Under the pieces are notes generated by a model. That model worked only from the letters and a program-made list of their open reading frames with translations. It did no database searches and had not been told where the DNA came from. Shown in pieces: positions 20,404 through 30,768 of a stretch of 64,000 nucleotides of DNA (positions are counted from its first letter, which is position 1; every line of letters starts with the position of its first letter). Where the stretch lies: NCBI GenBank assembly GCA_024277375.1, contig JAJRVD010000041.1:2323-66322 (forward strand), given 5' to 3'. This DNA is from Candidatus Omnitrophota bacterium. Its GTDB lineage: Bacteria > Omnitrophota > Gorgyraeia > Tantalellales > Tantalellaceae. Both the position numbers and the translations under genes were made by a program.

Positions 20404-23400
20404 ATGAACAAACGCTATATCACACACAAAATAACTATAAAGATCATATCCACTCTCGTGGTGTGCCTGTTTATGGTGAACTCGTTCGCCTGGGCAATGC
20501 CGCGTCAAATCAATATTTCCTCAACAAAGACCCTTCAAGCCGAGCTGATGACAGCAAGGATATTGAAAAACATAGACATCCAATATAGAGATACCGCCGC
20601 GGTAGAGGTAAAAACTATCCTTACAATGCTGGGAAGAGGAGATCCGATCCTGAACATAAACGCGGCATTAAGCATCGCCCATGGCGAAGCTGAAAAGATG
20701 TCAGATCCTATCTTGGAAGTAAAATTCCTTGATGACGTAGGAGCTGCCTCCGGCAGCGAACAAAAAAGCGACGAAAGAACGGTTGAATTAAGATACAAAG
20801 ACAAACCGAGGGAAGTACCGATCTGTCGAGTGATCAGGTCAAAGAATGGCAGAATATGGGTCGAGGATATCCTTGAAGAAAAACCCTTTGAGGATTTATT
20901 CGGCGAGATATTGGAACAGGTGGACGAAGAAAACAAAAGAAAAGCCGGGAAAGAGCTGGAGACAATTATCGCGATGGCGCTGGCCGCGGAACCCTATCCG
21001 AATATAAATGAGGCGTTAAATGGTTTTGCCGCCGCCAAAGAAAGGGGCAAACGGATATTAGAAATAAAGTCACCGGTTTACAGAACGGACGGAACGGTCG
21101 CGATTGAAATCGGATTTTTAGGGATGCCGCATGGAGGGCCTAAGTATAGAATTATTCTGAAGGGGTGCCGGGACAAGGAAGACCTGGCAAGAGAGCCCAG
21201 TAAGATAGAAATAAAAAGAATAAAATTTTATGAAGCTTGGCGGGAGTATAGAGTAGAGAAAAAATATCCGCGCTATGCGGATAGAAGCGGATACGGATTC
21301 ATAGGTGGTCCCAGGGGAGACATCGCGGAGGCATACAGAAAAGGGTTAATTTTCAAGATGAAGGAATCCGGATTGAGCGAAGATGAGAAGCGTTTGGTCT
21401 CAGACGCACTCATCCGCGTAACCGAAGGATCTATGCGGGACCGTAAAGAGTTTTTCTCGGAAGGAGAGATAGCCGAGATTTTGTGTTACAGCGATTTTAA
21501 CATAAAAGGTCTCATTTCAAAAATAATAAAGGAAAAGAACAAATACGAGGCGGTAGTTGACGAGAAAGGAAAAAGGCTCTTTAGCGAAAAGCAGATAAAC
21601 GCTCTTGTTCTTAGAAGATTCGCGCCATTAAGCTGGATCGAGAATCTCCGGAATGGAGGGCTCTCTAAAGCAGAGGCCGTTGAATGCGTGAAAAGATGGG
21701 CGAGGCCTAAAGAAGAATGGAAAAGGCTTGAGCCGGTCAGAGATAAGATAGTCGCGGGAAAATGGTTTAAGAGAAGAGAAGCGAACCGCATAGTTACAAG
21801 ATGGAAGGACGCGGAAGAAAAGGCCAGAGATATTAAAGATATCTGCGGGACTCTGATAAAAGACGGACTTTCAAAGTCAAGCGCTCTTGGTATTGTTTTG
21901 CAGTGGAAGAATCCGAAGAAAAAGTGGAAGAATACACTTGAACCTCTCCTTAACAGATTAGTAAAAAAGGGAATACCCCGAGGAGTAGCGTTTCAATTGG
22001 TTATTAAACACAGGGACCCGGAAAAGAAACTGGAAGACATACAGGATGACGTCGAGATGCTAAAGGGAAAGGGGCTTACAGAGTCAGCCGCGATGCGCTT
22101 TGCCATAAGGCACGCGAATGTGGAAGACAAATGGAATGAAATGATAAAAAACAGTAAAAAGATCAGGAAGCAAGGGTGGAGCCGGCGGCAGGCGATGATC
22201 ATAGCATACAAGTATAGGGACCCGGAAAACGAGGGAAGAAAAAGAACGATAGTATATGAGCAACTTATTAAAGAGGGGATACCCGAAGAAAGAGCGAAAG
22301 AATGCGTCATAAAATGGACTCACGCCGCAGAAAAGATCAAAGCGGTAGAAAAAACAACAAAGCTCATCGAAGAGAAGTTGCGGGGCAAGGTGAAAAAAGT
22401 TTTCGTGTGGGTGTTAAATAACAGCTATGGGAATCTAAAAAAGAAATTACGGTATAGATATAAGCAAACAGGTGACGAAATCGCGAGGCTACTTGAGCCT
22501 TTGCGCGAATACGAGGAAAAATACGGACAAGAAAAGGAAGACAACTTTGAGATCATAGAGAAAGGAGCGAGAAAGAAAGAACAAGGCGAACAAAAAAAGC
22601 CAAAAGCGAAGAAGAAAGAACGAAAAATAGAAACATTTACGGTAGACATGGAGGACGGGATATATGATCCAAAAGCAATTATAGGGACGGAAAAAAAGAA
22701 AAAGAGAAAGCTAGCTAAAAGTATGGCGGAAACAGAAGTGGAAGTTTTTAGTCCGGAAGAAGGGAAGAAGCACAAACAAGAAATGATCAGACATCTGACG
22801 GAGGTGGTACTTGCTGAAATCGCGGACGACTCGACGCGTATCGCGATAAGAAACAAAAAAGTTGTAGGGTTTGTGGAATTCGCTTACAGGACAGGAAAAC
22901 AAGAGGCACAAATCAAGAGAATTACAGTCTCCGAAGAAGAGCGCGATAAAGGTGTCGGGCACAGCTTGATGGATAAGGCGGTTAACGCGATTCTTGAACA
23001 CGACCCAAACAATAACAAAATACAAATAAAAGCGCCAACAGGAAAAGAAGGGTTCTATCGGGAGAAATATCTTCCGGGAAGAGAAAAAAACAAAACAACG
23101 AACGTGCCGTGGTACGTGGAATGGCATGCGCCGGCAGGGTACGCCGGCGGCGTCCGTTTTGATGTGACGGTATATAAGAAGAAACAAGAAACTTCCATAA
23201 AGAAGCAAAATGCTCCTCCTCGGAATAAAGAGGGTTTTACCTCTGTGTGTACGCTTGAAGTGGAGGGCAAAATATTTGTAGTACGTCAGCTTGTTCACGA
23301 GAAAAATAACAACGGATATAGTTATAAAGTAAGAGATATTGGGGTTTACGAGGTTAAGAGCGGGGGAAAGGAAATTTTCGCGGGCGGTATTTTCTATGTC

Positions 23401-26400
23401 ATTCCGCCAAGGGGACCAAGCACGGCTTTTACTTCACGAGACTATGGATATGGTTTTCTGAAAGAAACAATGAACGGGTACCCGTTCTACATAGAACCGG
23501 AGTACCGGAGGGGATATCATCTAGGGAAACTGTTAATGGCGATAGCGGCTCAATCTATGAAGAATATGGATGGCCTGACGGATTATTCGTATAAGACACC
23601 GACTGATGATGTTGAAAGGGTTTTGCGCAAGATTTTTCCTGAATACCCGGGAGGCGGCGAGGTTGATCTCGAGGGAGACGACAATGCAGGGGAGATATTG
23701 ACGTGGTTTGTAGAAAACGCGGGAATGGTTGTTTCCGCTGAATGGTTGATTTCCGGTAATAAAACTAAAGACAATGCAAGTACCCGTCAGATCGGCAAAG
23801 GACCAAAAGTCGATAACGTCGACCTCGAAACAAACCAGGCGACCGCAACAGATTCAGAGGGACGTGAACACACGCTTACTTTAACGGCTAAAGGAAAGGC
23901 AAAGATGCCGAAGCTAAAAGTGCTGACAGAAAGCATAGACTACGAGAACGAAGACCACAGGAAAAACATCCTTACCGTTTTAGATCTCTTAGAAAATTCC
24001 CTTTCTCGGGAACTACCGGACTTGTATACCTACCCAGAACTTATTGAAGACCTTTTCGGGTTTATCCCACCCGATGACTCAACAAACATAATAGCGTTAC
24101 ACGAAACAATGGAAGCCGAACCGATAGCGCGATTCCATGAGATCGCGCATCATTACATGGAGCGCGGGGCATGGAGCATGGAGATGAAGGGCTATATGCT
24201 AACGTTAACTATAAACGGGACAGAGCAGAAACTGGATGTCTCCCGGGCCAGAAGAAACTTGGCGGACGAAAAAGAAGATTGGATCAAGTGGACGGATGAC
24301 GAGCTTAATCAGGAGAAAAACCGGCACTATTTATTAAGAATACTCCAGAGAGCGATATTTAGAGAGAAGGATCTGGCGCTGACAAAGAAGATCAAACAAG
24401 AACAAAAGAGACGCGAAATATCGCGTGAAACGGTAAAGAGAATGTTGAGGCTCGAGCAGGAAATAATGTCGTATAAGTCGCCTGAGATCCGCGTGGCCGC
24501 TATACAGGCGTTAGGCGCGATATATTTAGCGCTTATCAAGCAGGGGCATGATGTCGATCTAGCGATTTTTGAGAAGGAAATACAAAGCACGGAAAGTATA
24601 CTTTGTAATGCTTCTATCAATGTAATGGGGGAACTTTTCTTTACTCTTGCGGGACAAGGAAAAAAAATTAACTTAACCGTAGTAGAGAAAGAATTGATTA
24701 ACGGAGATAAAGTGGATCTGCCGCGTTTGGTGGAGTGGTTACGTAAGATATATCCGGAAATTATCATAAAAGGACACTCCTTCAACATGAGGAGTATTTT
24801 TGAAGCTATGTGTGAAAGCGATCCTATATCAGCTAGTGTGATCAGACCGTTGCTGGTTGATGCTATAAAGCTCTACATTGATAATGGGAAAGAGATTGAT
24901 ATTACGTATTTGATTGACAAAATGGGAAAAAAGGATTTTGAGAACATCGAAGAGACGGTAGAAACAATAAGAGATGTATATGTTTTGTCGGCGGGCGGAG
25001 GTGAAGATATAGATATAACATGCTTAAAACAAATGGAAACAATACTCTTTGATGGGGGATTGTTTGAGAAGAGTTCGGAAGGAGAAGAAGGATATAGCGA
25101 ATATAGGATAGTTAGAGCGCTGGTGATGGAAATAGGGGACATACACAGCGTTTTTATCGAAAACGATATTAACGTAGAGATAACGAACATTGAAGAAAAT
25201 TTATCTAATAAGAACATGAAAATTCGTTATAGTGCGTTGGAAATAATGGAGGATATTCTTATCGCGCGTGCGCAAAAAAGAAGAGAGATCAATTTGGAGA
25301 AAATTAAAAAAATGAGAACAGATCCGGAAAAAGGAATAAGAGACGCGGCAAGTAAGACAATAAAAAGAGTAGAAAAAATACTGGAAAATAGCTACAAAAA
25401 AGCAACTATAAACAAAAAGCAACAAGAGGAAGTTGATGGTGGCGAACATGACGAGATAGTAAGAAGAATGGAAAAGGTGTACGGTAAAGATGTGATAAAT
25501 GACAAAACAAAAATAAGAACAATAAAGACCGAGGACGGGACGATGGTTTCCTCAATAACTCATTATCCCCGCGGGGAAGAGGATGAGGATCTTGTTCGCG
25601 AAGGCAAAGTCGAGGAAGACGCGAAAAAAATCATTACAAAAATAAAAAAAGGAAAAAACCCCAGTCTGAACAAACTAACAAAGGCTTTATTGGATGAAGC
25701 TTTTAATGTTAATCACACGGCCCTTCAAGCGCTGTTAAGGGTTTGTGCTGCTATCTTTGAAGCGGGAAAAGACGTAGATGTAAATATTTTCAAAAATGGT
25801 TTAGTTGCCAAAGTAGAAGTCACGGAAAGCATACGAGAAGAAACCGGGGACATTGTGCTTCAGCTATATGAGCTTTATTGGGAAGAGGGTCAGGAGGTCG
25901 ATACGAAGATGTTGAAGGACATTCTGACTCGAAGTAAATATAAGTATGCGCATGATGATCTGACAAATACGATCGCTAAAGGATTTAAATACTTCAACAG
26001 TGACGACCGGGAGTTCTTTGTGAAGGTCTTTGGGGGGTTGACGCAGGATGAGGATCGATGTATCAGTGAAGCCGCCGTGAACTCCCTAGAGCTCATCATT
26101 GGAGATCTTTCTGGAGAGGAGAAACAAGGGGCTATAAAAGAATTCGAAAAAAGATTGGGAAACATGACATTTATCTCTAAAGTAAAAGCGATAAAGAGTC
26201 TAGGTAAAATATATACGTCAGATTTTCTTAAAGGGAAAGAAACAGATATTATTAAAAAGCTTGGTAAATACGTGAATGACGAAAAAGCGGAAATAAGGGT
26301 AAGCGCTATCGTCTCTATAGGAGAGTATTTTATAGCCCTTGTGGAAGATGGGCAAGTCGTTGATTTGGATATATTAGAGGAAAAACTGGAGGACAAAGAT

Positions 26401-27300
26401 GCAGTAGTCAGAGGGAGGACCATAATAGAGCTTAATAAAATTTATCTTGCTATGATCGAAAAAGGCATTGTTCCTGATGTGTTTTTATTTATAAAAAAGC
26501 TAAAAGACTCTGATGAATTTGACTGGGGGGGGGAATGGGAGGATGGCCCGACCGTTACCAAGCTCGAAGATGGCGCATATTTGTACCAAAGCGAAATACA
26601 AGTAAAAACTGCCGCTAAACATGCTTTATATACAACATGTACGACTTTAGCAAGGGGAAAAATAAATTTTGATAAAAAATTATTAGAAAAAAGACTTTTT
26701 GACGATGATAAATCTTTTTGTGAGGATATTGTTTATGTTTTAGGTGAGATCTATGCCGCTCTTGCTGAAACCGACCAGGATATCGACATGGACGAATTGG
26801 AAGGATATTTGTTCCATGAAGAAGAAAGCTTCCGCAATTTTGCCGCGTACGCTTTAAGTCGGATATATGAAGTGCAATCTGAAAAAGAAAGACAGGGGAT
26901 AGTTTCCGCGGAAGACCTTGAAAAATACCGAGTATGGAAAAAGGCAAAACTACCGCTTATCGAAAAAGCGATAGATGATTATTTTCTTTCCGGCGGACCT
27001 GAGGAATATATAGAAGACCTTAAGCTTCGGGCGGATGAAGCAATATACGAAGGATTTAACACAAGAGACGATAAAGAGATGACCGCGGCTTTTGTGGGAG
27101 TAAGGAGCCATGGGATCAATATCAGTTTTAATGAGTTTGAAGAAAGGATAAAGGAAACAAAAGAGTGCAGCCAACACTTGTCTAATAAAGACGAAAAGTT
27201 TGGGCAATCTCCGAGAGATCGCTTTGAAGATCTTTTTAAAAAAGAAAAAAGACTTAAGCCTATAGAAGTGAGCGCGCGGGATTCGCGTGTTGTGGATTAA
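20404..27300 (+). CDS. Giant multidomain exported protein, N-terminal part (helical repeats, GNAT, HExxH, HEAT)
   Basis: 2298-aa ORF with signal peptide KIISTLVVCLFMVNSFAWA; GNAT motif V.EEERDKGVGHSLM; HEIAH; HEAT-like repeats. Confidence 0.8.
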   Translation: MNKRYITHKITIKIISTLVVCLFMVNSFAWAMPRQINISSTKTLQAELMTARILKNIDIQYRDTAAVEVKTILTMLGRGDPILNINAALSIAHGEAEKMSDPILEVKFLDDVGAASGSEQKSDERTVELRYKDKPREVPICRVIRSKNGRIWVEDILEEKPFEDLFGEILEQVDEENKRKAGKELETIIAMALAAEPYPNINEALNGFAAAKERGKRILEIKSPVYRTDGTVAIEIGFLGMPHGGPKYRIILKGCRDKEDLAREPSKIEIKRIKFYEAWREYRVEKKYPRYADRSGYGFIGGPRGDIAEAYRKGLIFKMKESGLSEDEKRLVSDALIRVTEGSMRDRKEFFSEGEIAEILCYSDFNIKGLISKIIKEKNKYEAVVDEKGKRLFSEKQINALVLRRFAPLSWIENLRNGGLSKAEAVECVKRWARPKEEWKRLEPVRDKIVAGKWFKRREANRIVTRWKDAEEKARDIKDICGTLIKDGLSKSSALGIVLQWKNPKKKWKNTLEPLLNRLVKKGIPRGVAFQLVIKHRDPEKKLEDIQDDVEMLKGKGLTESAAMRFAIRHANVEDKWNEMIKNSKKIRKQGWSRRQAMIIAYKYRDPENEGRKRTIVYEQLIKEGIPEERAKECVIKWTHAAEKIKAVEKTTKLIEEKLRGKVKKVFVWVLNNSYGNLKKKLRYRYKQTGDEIARLLEPLREYEEKYGQEKEDNFEIIEKGARKKEQGEQKKPKAKKKERKIETFTVDMEDGIYDPKAIIGTEKKKKRKLAKSMAETEVEVFSPEEGKKHKQEMIRHLTEVVLAEIADDSTRIAIRNKKVVGFVEFAYRTGKQEAQIKRITVSEEERDKGVGHSLMDKAVNAILEHDPNNNKIQIKAPTGKEGFYREKYLPGREKNKTTNVPWYVEWHAPAGYAGGVRFDVTVYKKKQETSIKKQNAPPRNKEGFTSVCTLEVEGKIFVVRQLVHEKNNNGYSYKVRDIGVYEVKSGGKEIFAGGIFYVIPPRGPSTAFTSRDYGYGFLKETMNGYPFYIEPEYRRGYHLGKLLMAIAAQSMKNMDGLTDYSYKTPTDDVERVLRKIFPEYPGGGEVDLEGDDNAGEILTWFVENAGMVVSAEWLISGNKTKDNASTRQIGKGPKVDNVDLETNQATATDSEGREHTLTLTAKGKAKMPKLKVLTESIDYENEDHRKNILTVLDLLENSLSRELPDLYTYPELIEDLFGFIPPDDSTNIIALHETMEAEPIARFHEIAHHYMERGAWSMEMKGYMLTLTINGTEQKLDVSRARRNLADEKEDWIKWTDDELNQEKNRHYLLRILQRAIFREKDLALTKKIKQEQKRREISRETVKRMLRLEQEIMSYKSPEIRVAAIQALGAIYLALIKQGHDVDLAIFEKEIQSTESILCNASINVMGELFFTLAGQGKKINLTVVEKELINGDKVDLPRLVEWLRKIYPEIIIKGHSFNMRSIFEAMCESDPISASVIRPLLVDAIKLYIDNGKEIDITYLIDKMGKKDFENIEETVETIRDVYVLSAGGGEDIDITCLKQMETILFDGGLFEKSSEGEEGYSEYRIVRALVMEIGDIHSVFIENDINVEITNIEENLSNKNMKIRYSALEIMEDILIARAQKRREINLEKIKKMRTDPEKGIRDAASKTIKRVEKILENSYKKATINKKQQEEVDGGEHDEIVRRMEKVYGKDVINDKTKIRTIKTEDGTMVSSITHYPRGEEDEDLVREGKVEEDAKKIITKIKKGKNPSLNKLTKALLDEAFNVNHTALQALLRVCAAIFEAGKDVDVNIFKNGLVAKVEVTESIREETGDIVLQLYELYWEEGQEVDTKMLKDILTRSKYKYAHDDLTNTIAKGFKYFNSDDREFFVKVFGGLTQDEDRCISEAAVNSLELIIGDLSGEEKQGAIKEFEKRLGNMTFISKVKAIKSLGKIYTSDFLKGKETDIIKKLGKYVNDEKAEIRVSAIVSIGEYFIALVEDGQVVDLDILEEKLEDKDAVVRGRTIIELNKIYLAMIEKGIVPDVFLFIKKLKDSDEFDWGGEWEDGPTVTKLEDGAYLYQSEIQVKTAAKHALYTTCTTLARGKINFDKKLLEKRLFDDDKSFCEDIVYVLGEIYAALAETDQDIDMDELEGYLFHEEESFRNFAAYALSRIYEVQSEKERQGIVSAEDLEKYRVWKKAKLPLIEKAIDDYFLSGGPEEYIEDLKLRADEAIYEGFNTRDDKEMTAAFVGVRSHGINISFNEFEERIKETKECSQHLSNKDEKFGQSPRDRFEDLFKKEKRLKPIEVSARDSRVVD

Positions 27301-27306
27301 GGCAGT

Positions 27307-30300
27307 GTGGATACGGATGTTTTTGACAGGCATTTTTCAAAATTAGTTACGATAAAAAACAATATAGACAGTTTAGAGTGGTTAGAGGAGCTTCCGGGGA
27401 AAAAGTTTACACTTGAAAATGTTTACCACAAGTTTAAAAAACAACAGGCGGGCATTCCCGAAAAGGAAAATTCCCACTTTGTTCTTCCCGGTGAGAGGAA
27501 AAGAATAAAAACGGAATTATTAGAAGACAGAAAGATACTTTACCGGGTATTGTTCAGAATGTTAAAGGACAGGTTGAACGACAGGCAAGCAAGGGAGAAG
27601 TATCTGATTTTAATGAGAGATCTGGCCATAAGCGACAGCCTGTTAAGTTATTCTTTGGTGGCGGGCATGAGGTCCGAATATATGGAGAAACAAATAAGCG
27701 CGTTCAGGTTTCTTTACGAGGAAGACAAAAACAACTTAATTGAAGACGTTATGAAGGGAGAGAAAGAAAGCACTAAAAAGAAGCTAACAAAAACGTTAGC
27801 AGAAGGGTTTGATGAATTGTCCCGGGAAATATATGAAGAGATAGGGAAGATAAGGATCACCGTGATCAAGGGAAAAGAGAACAGGTATCGCCTGGTTCCG
27901 GCAGGTTTTTTAAGCTTGTTTAGAGGAAGAGCTGGGATATTTGATTGTTCTTTTAAATGTGAGCAGGGAGGAGAAAATCCTCTTGTGCGAGCCATTCATG
28001 AAGACAACAGTTATTATCTTGTATACAAGGGGAAAGAACTGAAAGGGTATGTAGGATTATGTTTTGGAAAGAACGAGAAAGGGGAAAGAATATTAACAGT
28101 AGACACTATTCAATCCCCCTCACTTGACGGAGAAGAGCTCTTAATGAACCTGTTTAAGGCCTTGGGCGTTGTGGCGGAAGAAAAGGGATGCATAGGTATA
28201 GCGCTTCCCGGCAACTTACGGCCGGATGCGATAGTATCTTTCAATTTTGATAACAAAAGAACCATAATGGATATGGATATATATAAGAATGCTCCGTCTG
28301 TTTATGTGGAACCGATAAACAAAAAAACGTGGGATAGTTTTTATCCGGAGTACGCGGAAGATAAACACGATTCAATGTTCTTTGGCAAGTTCAGATTAAT
28401 AACGCTTGAGATGTTGGGGCTTGCGGATGGATCGAGAAAAAGATGTGAAAGAAAAATAGACCTGGAAGACGGAATATATAACGCCGGAGAAATGATATCG
28501 GATAAGAGGATAAGCTTAAACAAGCTTTGTGTAGAGTTGACGAAGATAGAGATCGAGGCGTTTCGACCCGGAAAGAGGCGGAGCGAAAGATATATTAAAT
28601 TACTGGCTGGGACGTTTGTTGGGAATATCGAAAGAGATATTGCGCTTGTAGCCGTCAAGGACGGAGAGATCGTGGGCTTTATCCTGGCCGGAAAGAACGA
28701 TGGAGGGCTAGATCAAATAAAAGGGTTTGCGGTACGCCGGGGTGATAGGAGTAGGGGAATAGGGACGGGTCTTTTGGATAATGCGGTTGAGGCGTTTTTA
28801 GGGCACAGAGAGAGCTGTTCTTTTACTCTTCGGCCGTGGCCGGACGCTGAAAGTTTCTATACCGAAAAATATTTTCCATCACGAGTTAAAGGAAAAAGCA
28901 CAAAATCATGGTGGTTGGGAGCGGAGGCAGACCCCACAGAAAACAACACTTTAAAAGTGACCGTTTACAAAAAGGAAGAGATAGAACCGGGTTCGCTGGA
29001 CGAACAGTTGGAAAAAACCAAAGACGGAGTGTATGACGTAGAGTCGATCGTAAAAGAAAATGAAAATATTCTGCGGGAAGTGGTTGGAAGGTTATGCGTG
29101 ATAGCGGCGAGGGGCATAGGGTCGGAGAAAGTAAAAGCGGAAATATTAAGGAACGTAAACAACAAGGGTGTTTTAATGACGGTGAGAGAAAACGCAATAG
29201 TCGGGTTTATAGAATTCGGGTTCAATCCAGCGGAGCAGATGACAATAACGAATATTTTTGTTGACCAAGAGGAGTTATTTAACGAAGTGGGCTCCGAGTT
29301 AATGGATGAATTTGTAGAAGAAATTTTGGAAAAAGAAAATATCAATGACTTTAGGATTATAGCGGATCCGGACACGAGAACGTTTTATTCAAAATACATC
29401 AATAAGTGGAAACAAGAAAAAAGCAAAATCACCGCGATCAAAATCAGATTTAAATTATATAAACGGGGATGCGTAAAAATAAACGTTAACATTGAAGAAA
29501 GAATAGAGGAAGCAAGCTGGGGGGAGAGAAGAAAAAGAAAAGCGAAAAAAAGAATAAAAGAAGTTTGCCGGGAGACCCTAAAAGCTGAAAGAGAAAGGAA
29601 AGAGACAATAAATTCCGAGGAAGGAACAAAAATAAACATAATTACGGATGTGTCGCTTTTGACGGAAGAAGATCTGGAAGATAGCATAACGGAATGGGCA
29701 TATTTGATATTAAAATACAAGGAACACAAAAACGTAAACTTCATATTTAAACAGCTCTATCTGGATTATGGCGAAAAAAACATAATGTCCGACGCGTTGA
29801 TCCGGGATATTGTAAACGCCGTCAAGCCGAACGAGTTTGTAGCCGGCCTTCAAGCGCGTCTCGCGGCCCTGAACGAGGTATATACATTGGGGCTTGATAT
29901 CGAGAAGCTGTTTACGGAGAGGATAGGGGACAGCCTCTTTTTGCCCAAAAAGAGGCTATCCCCTAAAAAGTCCCCTGAAAAAAGTCCCGTAGAAATATTG
30001 ATATCTTCTTCCGAAATGTTCAAGTGGATCGAAGCAAAAGAGAAACAGCTGAAAAAAGAGCTTATAAAAGATAATCAATATCCTGTGGCTATGGAAGGAA
30101 GCACGGTGAGAGGGCAGAATTTAGCGGCGCTTTGGGATTTTCAAGGCGCGATGGATATGGCAATGGTAAAGGCGGAACTCGTTATAGCCAAGGAGAATGG
30201 TAATTTGGAAGAGACCGCCGAGAGGCTGTCGGAGCAGGTTAAGAAACTCTATGAGATCATGGACAAGAAAATAGAGGATATAGACGAAAAAACCCTTCAA

Positions 30301-30429
30301 TACATGATAAATGAACACTCCAAACTCGAAATGGCGATAGAAATGGCCCTCCCGGCCATCGGTCGAATGTCATACAAAGAACGTCAGATCCTGCACGGCT
30401 TCACTCAAGATGTCCTCCGCAACGTATAA
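27307..30429 (+). CDS. Giant protein, C-terminal part (two GNAT modules), same frame as upstream ORF
   Basis: 1040-aa ORF starting 6 nt after the TAA, in frame; V..GDRSRGIGTGLL GNAT motif. Confidence 0.75.
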   Translation: MDTDVFDRHFSKLVTIKNNIDSLEWLEELPGKKFTLENVYHKFKKQQAGIPEKENSHFVLPGERKRIKTELLEDRKILYRVLFRMLKDRLNDRQAREKYLILMRDLAISDSLLSYSLVAGMRSEYMEKQISAFRFLYEEDKNNLIEDVMKGEKESTKKKLTKTLAEGFDELSREIYEEIGKIRITVIKGKENRYRLVPAGFLSLFRGRAGIFDCSFKCEQGGENPLVRAIHEDNSYYLVYKGKELKGYVGLCFGKNEKGERILTVDTIQSPSLDGEELLMNLFKALGVVAEEKGCIGIALPGNLRPDAIVSFNFDNKRTIMDMDIYKNAPSVYVEPINKKTWDSFYPEYAEDKHDSMFFGKFRLITLEMLGLADGSRKRCERKIDLEDGIYNAGEMISDKRISLNKLCVELTKIEIEAFRPGKRRSERYIKLLAGTFVGNIERDIALVAVKDGEIVGFILAGKNDGGLDQIKGFAVRRGDRSRGIGTGLLDNAVEAFLGHRESCSFTLRPWPDAESFYTEKYFPSRVKGKSTKSWWLGAEADPTENNTLKVTVYKKEEIEPGSLDEQLEKTKDGVYDVESIVKENENILREVVGRLCVIAARGIGSEKVKAEILRNVNNKGVLMTVRENAIVGFIEFGFNPAEQMTITNIFVDQEELFNEVGSELMDEFVEEILEKENINDFRIIADPDTRTFYSKYINKWKQEKSKITAIKIRFKLYKRGCVKINVNIEERIEEASWGERRKRKAKKRIKEVCRETLKAERERKETINSEEGTKINIITDVSLLTEEDLEDSITEWAYLILKYKEHKNVNFIFKQLYLDYGEKNIMSDALIRDIVNAVKPNEFVAGLQARLAALNEVYTLGLDIEKLFTERIGDSLFLPKKRLSPKKSPEKSPVEILISSSEMFKWIEAKEKQLKKELIKDNQYPVAMEGSTVRGQNLAALWDFQGAMDMAMVKAELVIAKENGNLEETAERLSEQVKKLYEIMDKKIEDIDEKTLQYMINEHSKLEMAIEMALPAIGRMSYKERQILHGFTQDVLRNV

Positions 30430-30568
30430 CGCGTCTTGGGGAGAGGCTCCTACACTGTTTTTACACATTGTCAATACGAATAACAATTTGCAAAGATGAT
30501 TGCGCAATAGTCTAAAAGGGGGACCTGGCAGGAGCGCGACACCCATTATGGCTATGAATATATTTTTC

Positions 30569-30597
30569 TTGACATAATTCTGCTAAGGTAGTATGAT
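30569..30597 (+). promoter_or_regulatory. pyr operon promoter
   Basis: TTGACA-17 bp-TATGAT. Confidence 0.7.
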
Positions 30598-30612
30598 TAC
30601 ATGAACTTAGAA

Positions 30613-30719
30613 CCTTTTAACATGGTCCCGAGAGGCCGTAAAAGGAGTTAAAATGAACCGAAAGAACCATATATTTGAGCCTGCTTGTCACTCTAGACGT
30701 GACGGGGAGGCTTTTTTTT
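30613..30719 (+). promoter_or_regulatory. PyrR-binding attenuator (binding loop plus terminator)
   Basis: ccttttaacatGGTCCCGAGAGGCCgtaaaagg resembles the PyrR ARUCCNGNGAGGYU loop; terminator gagcc...ggcttttttt at 30677-30719. Confidence 0.85.
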
Positions 30720-30768
30720 GTGACAGGGTTCAATGAGTTGACCCATACAATGTTAGACGGAGAAGAAT

